DNA of 64,000 nucleotides from Convolutriloba macropyga (GCF_964194025.1 NC_134468.1:50034001-50098000), one strand, 5' to 3'; shown: positions 32,520-47,700, numbered from the stretch's first letter. A program made the numbers and translations. Notes: generated from the letters alone by a model not told the origin.

Positions 32520-35500
32520 AAAATAAATTAGTTCTCGAGTTTATTCCATTGTTTGCATTTATATATTTACAAACAACAAAACAAAACTCGAAAGGACATC
32601 AAAAGGTCACTAGACCTGTCAAGTGATGCCTTTCACTTCTTCTCAAAGACAACTTATTTGGTAAAATTCAAACCCTCTCAAATCACAGTTTAACCTGGTA
32701 AAACCCTTTTCTAAATAAATCTTTAGAAAATATCTAATAAGACCAATTTTACAAAAAAAAAATGCAGCTCGATAAACATTCAAGTAAAAGCATTAGCCCT
32801 AGAACCTTACTCCTTGCCAAAAAAGGTTAACAAAAAATCTGTAATCTATAATAAACAAGTCTCTAAAACAGTGTAAGAAATTTGTTAAATCCTGTGCATT
32901 AAATGAGTCGAGTTTTTGAACAAAAATTTCAGCCATTTTAGTTAATACATTATATATGCGTCTTAATCTATTTATGAGTGACTTGTTTCATTGCTTCGTT
33001 TGCAAAAATTTTGTTTTGACTTTGTGAGTTCTTTCATTTATTTGGATATTCTTTTCAATTATTTCAGGAAATGAGTTGTTTAATAACTTGCTTGGATGTT
33101 CAAGGCGGAGAACTCTTGACAGTAATTTGATCATTTCAAATATGTGTAACTCTTTAACAGAAAACAATTTGTGTTTACATCGCAGTTCGTCAATGCTTTG
33201 CAATCTCTTATCTGAAAATAACAATTGAAAAATTCTGCTTTGCTGCCGCTCTAATTTTTAAAGATCGCTTTTATTGGCCACTCCATACAACAAAACCCCG
33301 TACTGTAAATTGGCTGAACGAACACTTTGTATAATCGGATTAGTTTGTGTCTTTTGAAAAAGTTTTTATACTGATAGATGGCCGCTGTTAACGAATTCAT
33401 CCGACTAACTATTTTCCCAATGTGTGATTTGAAGCTCAGTTTACTATCTATGAATACACCCAATTACTTAATGTTGTCAAAAATTCAATATTGTAACCAT
33501 CAATTTTTATTTCAGATGTCTCATTAGTACCTCCGAAACTTATAGTCTTGCATTTATCTTTTTTTACTGCTAACTTATTTGATTCCATAAAAACTGAAAG
33601 TTCTTCTATTGTGTCATTAATTCCATCATCCACCGTTTCGTAAATATTTGTATCATCAGCAAACACATGACATAACAGTTTGTACAAAAAGCAGGTAAAT
33701 CATTTACATAAATCAAGAACAGAAGTGGCCCTAAAACAGAACCCTTCGGTACACAGCAAAAAATGCTTTCAAAGAATGATCACTGCTTGCTAACTGAAAC
33801 ACATTGTTGTCTGTTGGTCAAATATGAATTAAGGATATCATAAATTTCCTCCTCGAACCATACGCAAAACATTTTTGGAGCAAAATTTCATGACTCACAG
33901 TATCAAAAGCTTTCGATAAATCAATGAACACCCAATAGTAATTTTCTTTCGAGCACATAAATTTCTTATGGTTTCATCAGCTTCCGACACAGCATCAATT
34001 GTGTTTTTCTTTGCCTGATATCCAAACTGTTCCTTGTTTATTACTGAGTACTTGGATAAAAAAGGAATCAGCCTTTTCTGTAGACATTTCTCAACAGTTT
34101 TTGAAGTAACTGGGAGCAGTGATATTGGTCTATAATTACCAAATTCATTTTCGTCACCACTTTTGTACAGAGGTATAAAACTGGCAATTTTCAGAGTTCT
34201 AGGGAACTGGCCCTTATCAAAGCAACGATTAACTAACAACGATTAACTAACTGGCCCTTATCAAAGCAACGATTAAAGTAACGATTAGCCAATGTTTCAC
34301 AAACGCTTGGATTAACGAACTTAATCAGTTGATTTGAAATGCTGTACAGATCGAGAGGAAGATTTTTTGAGCATTTGCTTGATATTGTCGAAAGCTTCTT
34401 TGGCTGTGACGTTAGTTAAGAACATGGATTTTTCTAACCTTCCGACCCGGCTGAGATTTGACGACAGATTACAATTTTCTGATAGTTTCTTTCCTATTTC
34501 AACAAAATACTTATTGATTTCATCAGTATTTAGGTTATCAATGTTCTTTCTCTTTTTTGTTCCCTCAATATCGTTTATTATTGAAAATGAATTTTTATTT
34601 TTGTTTGCTTTTTCTTCAATTTTTTTTTCATAGAATTCTGTTTTTGCTTCTCTTGTTAGGTTTTTTAGCGTCTACGCAGCTTATTATAATTTTCTCTTTT
34701 TTAAGCAAACTGTTGGTTCTTCAATTTTTGTAAGGCTTCAAGCTTTTTAAGACTGATTTTTGATCTGGTTATCCAACCAAGACTTATGAACCTGTTTGGT
34801 TTTTTCGTTAGTGCGCTTTTTGAACTCTTGCAAGGGTACATGAAAATCCAGCTCCTCGTTTGCCACCCTCGTTAAATCTGTAAAACTGAAATCTAAATCG
34901 GAAGACAATTAAAGCCTATAGCTTATATAGCCAAATATTTATCGTTCCCAGTCCTTTTGCAATACTGTAATTTAAATCTAACTTGAGTTCCTTATTTTGA
35001 AGTTTTTAGGGGCCTAAAATGAGACTTTTTGTTTGATTTTCCCGGTTCAACTCTTGTTTCCTTGCAGCACAAATCTACTCCTTTGTGGCCAGAGATCATT
35101 GTATCCTTCAAATTTACGGAGGCTTCAAAATTCGCGAAAAAATATCAATGCATGTTGCCGTACAAGAAGTGACTCTTGTCGGCTCCGATCTATTCTTTAT
35201 TTGCAGTCCGGTACCGGATAAAAAATTTAAAACCTTATCAATTTTGGTCGTTTGTTCAATCACATTTAAATTGACTTCCCCACAAAAAAATTTGCAAACT
35301 CTGCGGTTTGATAGTGAATTTTTTAATGTTTTCTTGACAAACGTTTATGGACTCATCTATACCATAATTTGGAGTTTTATAACCAACAAGTATCACTTTT
35401 TCATTTTGATATCCCAACAACGCCACTGTCAAAAACTATGCGTGTTCATTTTTTGTTATTGCTTTAATTTGAAGTATAATGCCTTTCCTAATGAAAAATT

Positions 35501-35760
35501 CTACACCTCCATATCTTTTTTCCCTATCACTCCTCAACAAATGGCCATATCCATCCCACTGGAAAGCTTTTTGGAAAGTATACTGATTGCATCAGGTTTC
35601 TGTTAATGCAATTACATCAAGTTTTGACTTCTCTTGGTTTCTGAACTGATCTAGCTCATTAAAGTTCTATGAATTGATCTTAAGTTTTGAAGTAAGATTC
35701 TAAAAGTCAAAGGTCCAAGAAGTATTCTGTGACAAAGTTGCAGCCATACAACCATTTTTT
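32520..35760 (-). mobile_element. Degenerate CR1/L2-like LINE (APE endonuclease + RT)
   Basis: NYRPISLLPVTSKTVEK and QFGY (33895-34239), GSVLGPLLFLIYVND-like region (~33700-33750), VFADDT (33448-33687), APE-like remnants ~35100-35700. Frameshifted; boundaries approximate. Confidence 0.85.
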
Positions 35761-38700
35761 CTCCGTTTTCTTTTCTGTTTTTTTTCTTTTTGGTTTTTAT
35801 TGCTACCGCGGAATCGCAGTGCAGAACAGAAAAGCATTTATTGCGTCAAATGTTATGTTGCGGAAAAAAAGATAAAAAGTTCAGAGGATTAAAAGAGGAC
35901 TTACAAGAGACTGACGCAGCGTAAATCGGTGTACTTCAGACTATTGTTTTTCTGATCCAATGTTCTATTAGTGACACAACAAATTTTTAAAGTTCACTCA
36001 GCTTGCAACAAGTCGCAGAAATCGTAGTGCCTGATGCAAGTTTTATATTTATGAAAAAATAAAATGATAAACATATTTAGACAATATATGATAAGCATGC
36101 CTGAAGCAGCAATAATCGCAGATCCTCATGCCAAAACAACAACCAAACACACCAAAAGCTTAAACAGATAAAAAAGAACCAAATGAAAAAGTTAAGAACA
36201 TTTTGGATAAAAATTGACTTTAATTTTTCATCTCTTTTTTTTCAACTTCGAGAAGTGAGCTTATATGAAACTTGTATCCAAAAACAAAAATCATATTGCA
36301 TAAAATTTTTGTACCTTCAATACTTTAGACGTTAACAAAAAGTTTTAATGGGTTATAATCTCAATTTGAACTTTTTCCAGCACTTTAATTTACTTTTCCA
36401 ATTTCAAAAAGACAGATTTCTTTTGTTCTGGAGAGGTTGATGCAAATAGCCGATCAGCACGTTATTATCAGTCAATTGAAGTGGTCACTTTGGTTTACGG
36501 AAACCAGTAATTTGATCTGGTCTACGATTCTGCTTTTACTTTTACAAGTTTTTTTCTCCCATTTCCTTGATCACACAAAACGGACACAGTACAGTTAATA
36601 GTGCTTGTTATGAGTCCCTTGCCCTCCTCTCGTTTCTCGATATAAGCATCCACTGCAGGTAATCTTTCTCGTACATAAATATTATTTTGATTGATTATAC
36701 CTTCCATTCGCATATATCTGGTTTTATCACAGAAATACAACAACTTGACGATCACAAAGCCATTAGACCTTTTTCTTCCACACAACCAGGTAAATTAATG
36801 AACGCTTTGATTTTACTCGGTTCCAATTCAGAGCGCAAAAACTTTTTAATGAAAAAAAGAATCCGTTTTAATAAAGCATCATTATCAACGTATGGGTCGA
36901 ATGGTTGATTATCAACGAAACGATGATAGAGTCCCTACTCGTGTATCATTCTTGTTCCGTACACGCTTTTTTAATTCGGAATAAAAATCCTCAATTTTTT
37001 TGAATTACACACTAACCTCGCTTTGAGTTTTTTAACTCGCTTATAATGGTACCCACCACCTGCTTCGTATTCTCATCCTGGATAGTCTCCACTAATTGTA
37101 CCAACTTGGCATCCATCCGAACAAAATAATCTGGAAGTAAAGTAGTAATCGAGACCAAAAAATTATGAATTACAGTGTAAGTTACGACTATTTTTTTGAA
37201 TGGTGTAAATCTGCCAGAATATAATACCTAGGCCTTCATACGAGTTCTAAATTTAATTAAAAAATAGCTGCTATAATCTGTAACTTTTAAACTTAAACGG
37301 AAAAGAAACGGTTTGAATGTTTAAATGTTGAAGTCTGCTTTAAAAGATCAATGAGAAGTGTCTTTTTTTGCTGTAAACGTGCAAAAGTTGAAGCAAGAAA
37401 GCTAAAAAACAACCAACTGTTTGCTATGAACGCGCTTCAGCTTTTGTTTTATGACAATATTATGACGAGACTTGATACAATCACAGACAAGAAGCCTGGT
37501 AGCGTGCATTCGCACAAAATTTTCCGACCCCCGCTCATCCAACCTCTTGACTTATTTAGGTATTAAATGAGGAAGAGATAGAAAACTTTAAGGACTTACA
37601 TATTGTTCAAAAATGGAGAAAAAAAAGCCACGTTGTTGAAAAAAGAAACTTGTTAATAGGACTACCAGAAAAAAAATCATTAAAAAAACACATTAATTAC
37701 GACTAGAACTCGATGTCTATTTTAAAAAATTATATATGAAATCAAACTCGTACTTCATTAGAAAAGGTCTGTGACCTGTCCTTAATGCGACTGGGTAACA
37801 GTGCAACAAAAAGTGGTCAAAAAGTTCAAAAACATCCATCCTTTTTAAAAAATAATGATTAGTTTCAAAGTCAATAAATCATTAGAGGTTAACTGAAATC
37901 AGCAAAATGCTCATTAATTGCAATTGACACATGTCATTATCCAGTGTATGTCTATAAAAAGAAGTACAATTACCGGCAAAAATAAAAGGTTCAATAACTT
38001 TTTGCGCAAAACGGCAGTGAGGCCGTTAAACCGCAGCAAAGCCATTAAACCGCAGTGAACGAAAAATGAAAAAAAAAACAATTTGGAAAACTAGTAGTAT
38101 CAAAACCAAAAAGCACTAGTTAAACATAAAAACGTTACAGACAATAATTTATAACATAAAGGAATGGGATTCGGACTGTTTTTAATGAGACTACGCCGGA
38201 AGTTGAGAGAAATAAGATAAATTAGTGGCCAAGATAAAAAAACCGACATTTTTTTCAAAAATATATTCAAAGTCTTAAGAGACGTTAGATAATAAAGCAT
38301 TTTCTAGATTCACTTGAAGCTCTTAAAGAAGCCAATTCAATCTTTGATTGGGGAGACTAAATCATTGCTCTACAAAAAGTATACCAAGTGAAAGCAAAAC
38401 GTAAGGCCATAGAAATTTAGGTGAACAATTGCTCAAAGCCATAAAAACCAAGAGCTCTGAAAGAAAACTATATGTTTGTTGGGCCGTGTCGTTAATTAAC
38501 ACGCCGAAACATTTTGAAAAGTCTGCACCCCATAAGAGTCTTCAATTTTTTCATTGTAAGGATCCATTTTGATATCAATATCAACCCTGATATTGCTGGG
38601 CGACTAGGAAACACTGAATTGTAGAATTAATTGCGAAATACATAAGTTTTTAAACAATATTGTTCAAGTATATCAAAAATAGATAATGCGTTCTCTATAA

Positions 38701-39743
38701 TAAACGAGTTTAATTTTGCGAAAAACTGGCAAAGTTATAATTCCAGAAGACTCTTGAAGCAAGCGGGAGTACAACTAGCTCTCATTTGGAGCTTACGAAG
38801 AATATATCTAGCTTTTAGGTGTCTACTTCCTGCAACTTTAGAGAATGTTGCTAAAAATTATATTTGGTTCCATTTTTAACGATAAAAGTCCGAATTTTGA
38901 AAAATATAGCATAAATTCTAGCCAAAAAACTCTGATCAAACAAATCAGCAGCCCTCCTCTAGCTTTAAAAATAGAACCAATAACACTACTGTTAACAATT
39001 CGGTCGAATGTTTACAAAACTTAAAACCTCGATACCCTGTAAAAGACGAAATTCAAAAATTCTTTTCAATTCCATATTCTACGCTGGACGGGATTTCTAA
39101 TGGAACCACTCAAAACTTTACGATGATTACATCGATCGGTCAAAATGACTGATCAAAAAACCCATTTGAGTATATAGTTCCTCCCCCCACTAAAAAGGGT
39201 CGGAACAATTAAAATATATTGAACTCAATTAATCGACCAATAAGGAATGTGCGTAGATACATTCCAAAAAATTAATTAACGTAGTTTAATGTGTTTTTCG
39301 ATTTTCTGGTTTGTTCCTGGGGCCAGGTGCCTTTTTATCCAAAATTTACCCAATACAAAATAAGCCACAGAAACTACGGAAATCGATCTCTGTCTGATCT
39401 TTGAGTTCAATAGTCCGACTGAAATTAATAATCTGAATCAAATTGGCATTTTCGTGAGCGGCAGTCATAGTGTGGATGTTTAATTTATTTGACCGTGATC
39501 GCGTTTTAGTCATTTGTCTACTCAGCTGTCCATTTCTATACAATTGGAATAGTTTGATTTCATTTGAAAGACACCTTTTGCATAGTAAGTATAACTCTTC
39601 TCGGGAAAAAAGTATTCGCTAGAACTTTTTCCCTATAAAGTTGATTCTAGAGACTGAAGCAACTCTGTACTGTCAGAGAACTAAAAATGGAAATGTGCCT
39701 GGTTGTCTTGACAATAATGGACAAGATTCTTTCGCGTTTACAG

Positions 39744-39928
39744 GACGAAGAGCTCAGAAGGTTGGCATGCCAGGCATTGGTCCGAAAGAGGCAGAGGAGA
39801 ACAAGAGAGAGTTCACCGATGAACAAATGAGAGCTGGCGATGGACTGATTGGACTGCAAATGGGTTCAAACAAAGGCGCCACTCAGGCCGGTCAGAATTT
39901 TGGAAAGACCAGGGCTGTCATTGATTAG
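39744..39928 (+). CDS. Host calponin/transgelin-family gene, last coding exon (calponin/CLIK repeat)
   Basis: tttacAG acceptor ending at 39743; (G)RRAQKVGMPGIGPKEAEENKREFTDEQMRAGDGLIGLQMGSNKGATQAGQNFGKTRAVID-stop, with a single calponin repeat. Confidence 0.93.
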
Positions 39929-40399
39929 ATGCCGATACAACTTTGATACAACCGAAAATAACTCGAATGCTCTAAATATTGTATTATATGTGTAGAATAA
40001 TAATAGTGAATTCAACCATACGTGGTTTCCCATGGATACTTTGGATACTTTATTAGCAAGTTTTCAAATGGGAAATTTTCAAAACTATATATTACTTGGT
40101 TTATTGCTGACATGGTCCTCATTTCAATCAACAGTCTACTAATTGAGTTTACCGTCTCCTTCTTTTTGCGTTTATTCAGGCAATTTTTTCAACACCCCTC
40201 TTATTGGGTGAGTCGAGAAGAATCAATTACTATATAAATTCCCCTCCCATTGGGTGACATAATAGTTCAGCTTCAAAATTGAAGTAATTGTTCTGCGATA
40301 TTATCACTCGATTTATTCGCCTTCTGTATATCTCCCCTCTTTTTGAGCGAGCTTTTATTAATGTTTGGCGCTATCCCACACCCGTTGGGCGGTAAGAGA

Positions 40400-43330
40400 T
40401 CATGGCAGCTTCTGGTTAAATTAGTAGTCATTCTTCAAGATTGCGCCATCTTCGAACAAGAACGATCGCCTTTGGCATCTCGCACCTCTTATACTAAGAT
40501 TTGATGCTCTAAGTATGGTAAAACAAATTCCTGTTTGGACCCAGCTCATAATTGTGGCATAAGGATTTTCCCATTTTGACGACAACCTATCTCCTAGTCT
40601 TTTGAAGAAGATTGTGCTTTCTCGGGCCATCATGTCGTCAACCCTGAAAACAAGTGGAGTAAAAGAGATAATAGTCTGACACGCATCACAACTGGTTCTA
40701 TCGTTCTTCATCATCGCTGCTGTTCTCTAATACGTCTACCGGATTTCTGCTGTAGTAAAATTTTGCCTGCGTGTCAGTGACACGGATATCAAACTAGGCA
40801 GTTTTTTGAGGACTCCATACTCCCCTCACCAAAAGATTGGCGCTTACAGCTGGCTTTTTCTCTGACTGCTCACTAATGGCAGTTTTATTTTGGGTGTAGG
40901 CCACGTGCCAGTCAATTCCCCTACCAAATCTCTTATTTCATAATGCCTCTGCGTAAAAAGGCTACCTTTTCACCGATGAGCGCATGCTGAAAATTGAATT
41001 GTTTGCCACAGCCATAACATATTCTTGGAAAAATTTTTAATTGAAGGTCAAAGCGCTGACCAATTGAGTCAAAAATCTCAATTTGGACAGACAAATTTAT
41101 CTCTTAGAAATTTTTTGAAATCAGCCACCACGAATTACCACTTTTGAAGTTTCGTTCATGCCACTTTTTCTCAGATTTGGTTAGCTGCTCAGACAGTTCA
41201 GGGTATTTCTGATATTGATCAGCTTCCCTTTTTTGCACAAATTCCAGGCTTGTTCTATGGAAGTGTGATATGTGTTTCTCAGCGTTTAACTCAGTTGCTT
41301 TCACGATTGAATCCGCTATCAAAATTGATGACTCTTTGGAGACATCGAAATGTTCTTCGGCTTTGCAAGTAGGGTTCGTTATTACCAAACCACCGTGCTT
41401 TGCTGATCAGCTGAATATCCTACGCATCACGTCACGCACATTGCTAACATTTGAAACAGCTGGTAAAAATGTGCTTTTTATTGAGTCCTCTAAGGGTTGC
41501 AAGAATTCTTCACTGTTGTATTCAGTTTTCTTCATAAAGTTCTTTTCTGCGTGGACTGATTTTGTGAACGCTGAGAAAGCTTCGTGAGGACAGTAGTCTA
41601 AGGCTTTACACAGAATCAGAATTTTTCTTTCCATTTCTTAATTTTATGTCTGACAAAGTCTTCCAAAATGTTATTGTTGCCAATAAAACCCCTTAAGTAC
41701 TCTTTCCCGTAACAACTTTTAACCAAATTTATCAAAACAGCATTGAGCTTCAGCAAAGTGATTTTGGTTGACAATCAGGTAACTCTTGCTAGTCTCTGGG
41801 TAGCAGACAGATTTTCTCCCTGTTTCGATATTTTTTAACCCATTTCTTTAAGTTTTCAGAGTCAGCGCATGCATCAGCATCATCTGCCCAGAAACATAGA
41901 ATATGTTTTTGAGACTAGGTAAAGTTTTAATCAGTGGCATCAAGGCAGCTCCATAAAATAACATGGAAAGTGGGTCCCCTTGATTTGTACTTTCATCAGT
42001 TTACATGATCACATCTGTGTTGCTGAACACGGGCTTAGACCTTGCTTGATAACTGTTGAAAAAAGTCGAGGCTCGTGACCATTGTTTTTTGACGTTAAAA
42101 AGAAGAGCAGCACTGCGATTGATTGAATTGGGGGCATTTTTTGCACAAATTTTATTTTTTTTCTGATAGTTGTCTAAGTCCACGTATAGACCCTTCACCA
42201 CCCGGACGCCCTCCTGCTAACTGCTCAAAGGACCAGAAAATTGAGCTAAATCTTCTCCGGATAAATCAGCTACTGCCTTTGCAAGTAAACGCCTCAATGT
42301 CTCTCCAGTGCCAATGGGTCACATTCCTGTATTTTTGTCCAGTGCAAAGAGTCAACAGAAGAAAATGGCTTTTAGCTTGCGCCACCGAAAAACTGCGTTT
42401 GCAAGCACATTGCACATTTTAGTAACTTAATCTCTAAATTTGCGCTCTCGCATCCAATTCTAATGAGTGCATCAAGACAATGGCTAGCATCCAATCACTG
42501 CACTCGTGAGCTACAAAAGTATCCGACACTGGTTCTCAGTAATGCCAATGGTAATTATCAGTTTCTCTATTGAAGGGGACTCAAATCGAACGTTCCGTGA
42601 GAGTTGGGGGCTTTGGCTGTTTTCTTGAAGAATTGCGTCAACTGTCTTGCCCTCTATCATGTCTAGAGGCTTCAGCACTTCACAGATCCTTTATCTACAA
42701 AAAAACTTTGTAGACCACTTCACATATCCCTCTAACGTTTTGCAGACGATCGAATTTTAACCTCATTTTTAACTTTTTGATTGCCAAATGCTTTGTTTAA
42801 GGGTTGGGTGAATCGTCTGTATGATTGAATTAATGACGGGAAAATTTCTGCTGTCTCATTGTGCAATCTATTTTCAATCGTTACCTTAACATACCTTGAG
42901 TGCTTTACTATGATGTCTTGTGAAAAATTAATGCTGAGAATACAAAACACTAAACGTTCTGATGGGATATTTGTCTTTAAAACGTTTCCCCTTCTCCGGT
43001 CAATAGCTCAACATAATTTTCCCTATTTGTCCAGTAGGCAATAAAACAGATCTACGCTTGAAAATAGTACTCCAACTCCATTCCCCAAAAAATTCTTTTT
43101 TTATGGAGCAAACACTAAATTGAATATGTTAGCGGAAACACTTCTTTCATAAACAGATCCTTTTGGCAGATCCAGAGCACTTCGAAACTTACGATTGCTT
43201 ATTTTCTATATTTACAAATAGTATTTTCTCTATTTTACTTAAAGCCCCGTTGCTACGTCTGAAGTGCTTTGGTTAATTATTTGATGCACACACGTTTTTA
43301 AAAATGATCCAGCCTATGCGACATCTTATG
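40400..43330 (-). mobile_element. Degenerate CRE-like non-LTR retrotransposon (RT + restriction-like endonuclease)
   Basis: Minus strand: QGDPLSMLFYG (~41950-41990), WADDA (~41880), ADLLVRGVW RLE motif (~40820), FTPLVF...RLSSKW...ILRASNLSIRGAR C-terminus (40421-40714). Boundaries approximate. Confidence 0.8.
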
Positions 43331-43439
43331 CTTAAACTTTGCTCATCTCAATGCAACTCAGTACTGCCTTTATATTCAGACACGTACTTGGAAAACCAGG
43401 GTTATTTGGTCTCAATTTCCTTAAAAAGTGTACTAAATA

Positions 43440-43588
43440 TGTTGCAAATGTTATTGCAACCTTCAAGAATATGATGATTCAGAAAAACCGCCAAAATTGC
43501 AACAGCAACTTTGACTCTTTTGTCCAGCAACTTGAAACTTAGACATGCTCTGATAATAACAGAATTGACAAGAAAATGATTGAAAACA
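43440..43588 (+). repeat. BEL 5' LTR (149 bp)
   Basis: Highly similar to 57215-57361; TG...CA ends. Confidence 0.9.
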
Positions 43589-44109
43589 TGTTTTGGCGAC
43601 AATCCGCCGTAATAAAAAGGACATAAGAAAAACCTTCTGAATTTAATTTTTTAATTTAATTTAGTTTAAAACAGGAGGGGGCGTGAGCACACCCCAAGAC
43701 TAAAAACCAAGACTACGACGGCATCACCCCTGCAGGGAAATCATCACGACAAGCAAATCCAGACGATTTTGGATCTTTTCCACGCAACCCCCTCCCCCAG
43801 AGGAGGAATTTTTCGACCACAGACGTCACCAAAGACGAGAAGATTTTTTTCGAGGGTTTCAGACGTCACCCGACCAAGAAGACCTGACAATTTTTTGTTC
43901 CAGACGTCGCCAGCAGAAGTTCGCTCGAGGTTTCAGACGTCACCTCTGAGGTCCCATTCCCGGTTAGACTTGTCCAAAAAAATGCAGATTTTTCTCGACA
44001 AAAAAGTTTGTCCCCCAGCACAATTTTTTTCGAAAATTTTTTGGGTTATTTAGGATTGCAATTTGCAATCACAGGTAGAGCTTAGTAAAAAGAGGGCATT
44101 AAAGGGCAC

Positions 44110-44790
44110 ACAATCCAAAAAAAACGCAAAAACCTTTTCTGAATTGAAAAATTCAAAAAACGTTTTCCGACGTTCGACACAAAAATTTATTGACTTACAT
44201 ATCGACCCCCTAATTAAGCTCGTCCAGTTTTAAAAAACGCATCCAATTTTTTTTTCACCTTTTTGTCACAACTGGTTCTTGAAAAGCAAAAAAAACGCAA
44301 AAAACGTTTTCTGAATTGAAAAATTCAAAAAACTTTTTCCAACTTTCGACAAAAAAATTTATTGGCTTACAAATCCGACGCTCCAATTAAGCTTGTCCAG
44401 TTGTATAAAATAACGCATCCAATTTTTTCCACGCTTTTGTCAAAACGTTTTCTAAATTGATAAATTCGAAAAGCGTTTTCCGACTTTCGACACAAAAAAT
44501 TTTTTGACTTATAAATCTGAACCTCTATTTAAGCTTGTACAGTTGTAACAAAAAACGCATTCAATTATTTCCACGAATTTGTCACAACTGGTTTTGGAAA
44601 AGCAGAAAAACGCAAAAAACGTGTTCTAATTTAACAAATTCAAAAAACGTTTTCTGACTGTCGGCAAAGAAAAATCTATAGACTTACAAGTTTGACCCTT
44701 TAACTGCGCTTGTCTAGTTGTAAAACAAGTCAATCATTTGGTTTCTACATTTTAGTTACAACTACATTTTGAAAAGCAGAAAAACGCGAA
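44110..44790. repeat. ~175-bp tandem repeats in the BEL leader (copy 1)
   Basis: Unit AAAACGCAAAAAACGTTTTCT...CGACACAAAAAATTTATTGACTTAC...GCTTGTCCAGTTGT...GAAAAGCAG repeated about 4 times, one unit partly deleted. Confidence 0.85.
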
Positions 44791-47700
44791 AAAAAATATT
44801 AGATTAGTACTTTCAAAAACTGTTTCAGATTTTTCGTTTTTCTGTCGGACTTCTCGGCTTAATATCAAATTATACATTCAGTTCTCTTGTTGGACGACGC
44901 GCATTAAGGGGCAGTAAAAAACTATTTTGTGAAATTAAATTCTTTTCTTGCATTTACAGCAAAAAATTCCAAGAAAATTTCCACAGTAAAAAATGATGTT
45001 TCAACTCCTTGAAATGTTGACAGAATTACAAAAACTTGCAAATTGTCTCAATAATTTGCCCATTTGAAAGTAACTCATAGTATTGATTTGTGATAAAAGC
45101 AGAACAGTGTCTCAAAAATAAGAAAAATTTGCAAAAGTTCCTAAAACAGTGAAAAAAAAATAATTAAAACAGTTTTTAATCTTTTTTTTCTTTGAAAACA
45201 CAGCCCAGACACAAAAATCTGACATTTCATCTTAAACAAAACGCTTCCACGAAGCAGAGTAAACATCTGTTTTAAACAATAGTTATAGCAAAAACAAGAA
45301 GAAAATTTCCAAGAGCAGTTTTTGAACAGAAAACAGACAAAACAAGAGGAAAAGGACTGTTTTTCGCAAAAGCAAGAGAAGGACAAATCGCTCAAAACTC
45401 TCCCGTGAATTATTTTGTGAATTATTCGCTGTCCAGAGCTGTTCTAAACGCTGTCAAAACAAAAGTTTTTTTCAATTAAGTCCGCGGTCTCAGAAGTTGC
45501 CGAAAGAAGTCCCTTTCCCCTTTCGGTCTCAGTAGTCACCAATTGAAGGGAAGTGTGTTCTGTTGGGTCTCAGGAGTCACCAAAGTGAAGATAAGCAAAT
45601 AATAGGTAGCAGACGTTACCAAAGTAATTAAAAAACAAACAGGAGCAATTTATTGGCAGCAGTCTTCAATTTCAAAAGAATTGTAAAGAAACAGACAATT
45701 TTGGAAAAAAAGATTCAAACTAGCGCCAGCTCTTAAACAACCAGTTTTCTCTGCGCGTCTGTAGCTCACGTTGTCTAGTCGCACCACAATTCGAAATCCC
45801 ATTTTGTTTCCCAATTTTTTTTTGGGTTTTTGTTTGTTCTGAAGATTCAACAAAAAAGAAAGAGACCCACTTAATTTTAATTGTTTCGGTACATTTATTG
45901 CGATTAAAAAAATTATTGTTTCTAGAATAACGATTCAGAAACCATATATGTAATAATAAAACGAAACTTCAAAAAAAATTGAAAGCAATTATTTGGTCTT
46001 GCTCAACAAATCAACGGTACACACGCGCGAACGCTTTTTTTTAAAGCAAATTTTTAGCTAGATTTAGCACCACAAAAAACTCATTTAGGTCACCTGTTTT
46101 TGTGAAAAGTTGCGTCGTTATTTTTGAACGAAAAAAGCTAGACTGATTAGACTACATAAACATAAGAGATTTTTTAGTTAACAAAAAAGTCGCCGCTCCG
46201 TAAAGCTCCAGCCGTTTTTTATCTTTAGTTTACAGAACACTTACGAGTCGACTGCAACCTTTTCATCACGATGACAAAAGAAAACAGCCAGAACATACAA
46301 AACGCGCTCAACAAATTCAAAATGACCGAGCTCAAAGTGAAAATCAGCTAGATCTATTACAGGCTTCCGTTGAGCAGAGAAAAAACTTCCACACTCCTTC
46401 TTTATTGATCAACAAAATCAACGAGAGCGTTGAAGAGCAGAAAACAAATCTCAATGGCATTATGATGGAAAAATTAGGCTCTAGTAGCATAAACTCAGTC
46501 ATAAAACGTCACTCGAATTTGATCTCTCGTCTGGAGAAGTTGGAACTAGAAGTCAACAAACTCAACAATGATGGTCAATTGAGCCAATCATCAAATCGAG
46601 CACGCGATGACATTAGCTGCGTCTACCAATACCGGCGATGCCATCGTTTTTCCTTCCGCAAGGAGAAAATAAACCCAAGCTCCTCTCAAAGTTCCTTTAG
46701 AGCAACAGACAATTTGCGCAGCATACTAGAGAATTGACTGAGGAATCAGTAAAAAATTTTACGACGGTTGAACACATAAATCAATCAATGTCTTTGTTAG
46801 CAGCCCCAACACCAGCATCAACCCTATTATCCAGAGCAAACATTTAGGAGAGATTTGTCTTGAGTAATCCTTAATCCCCAGCACACAACGTTATTCTCAG
46901 AGAACAAGAGAAAACTTTCAACCAGTTTGCTTCAATTCAACAACCCTCCATTCCATTGAATCAAACTGCAGTCTTATTTCCTGTTGAATCTATTGATAAA
47001 CAGTCGGAAGAAATTCACCCATCAATTGGAGAATTGAACCAGTTCTCTAGTTCAAAGTTGATGACATTGCCCGATATGCCAATGAAACAACCAGCAGCAA
47101 GTGCCACAGTTAGACAAAAAGAAAAGTCTTCTGCTCCCTTAAACAACAAAAGAGACAATCAAAGCATACAACGTCTTGCAGTAGCTTTACAAAACTCATT
47201 TCAACATGTAGCGAAAACAAAAACCCACATTACCCAACTGGAGTTCATTTCAGCAATGGAAATCGGACGGAAGAACCAAACGATGGAACTTTTCCCCTTC
47301 CAATACATCACTCAACAACCAAGGTACCAACCTTGTTTGCTGTACATTATCACAGCCACTTAATGTTCCGCTGCCTTCGGAAAATCCATTTACAAACTAC
47401 CAAACAGTCATTCAGCCCCATTGCTCAACATATTAGCCAACTCGGGAAACAGGAAACAAATTCCAAATAGGTCTATTCCTTGAAAGCAACTGTTTCCGCC
47501 ACGAACTGAAAGACAAACAGAAAGAATCCCATTTGAAAACAATTTTAAGCACACCCCAAGACTAAAAACCAAGACTACGACGGCATCACCCCTGCAGGGA
47601 AACCATCACGACAAGCAGTTCTAGACGATTTTGGATATTTTCCACGCAATCCCCCTCCACCCACAGGAGAAATTTTTCGACTGCAGACGTCACCAAAGAC

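Noticed and set aside
35085-35606. 173-aa plus-strand ORF
   Set aside because: Antisense shadow of the LINE endonuclease region; no motifs.
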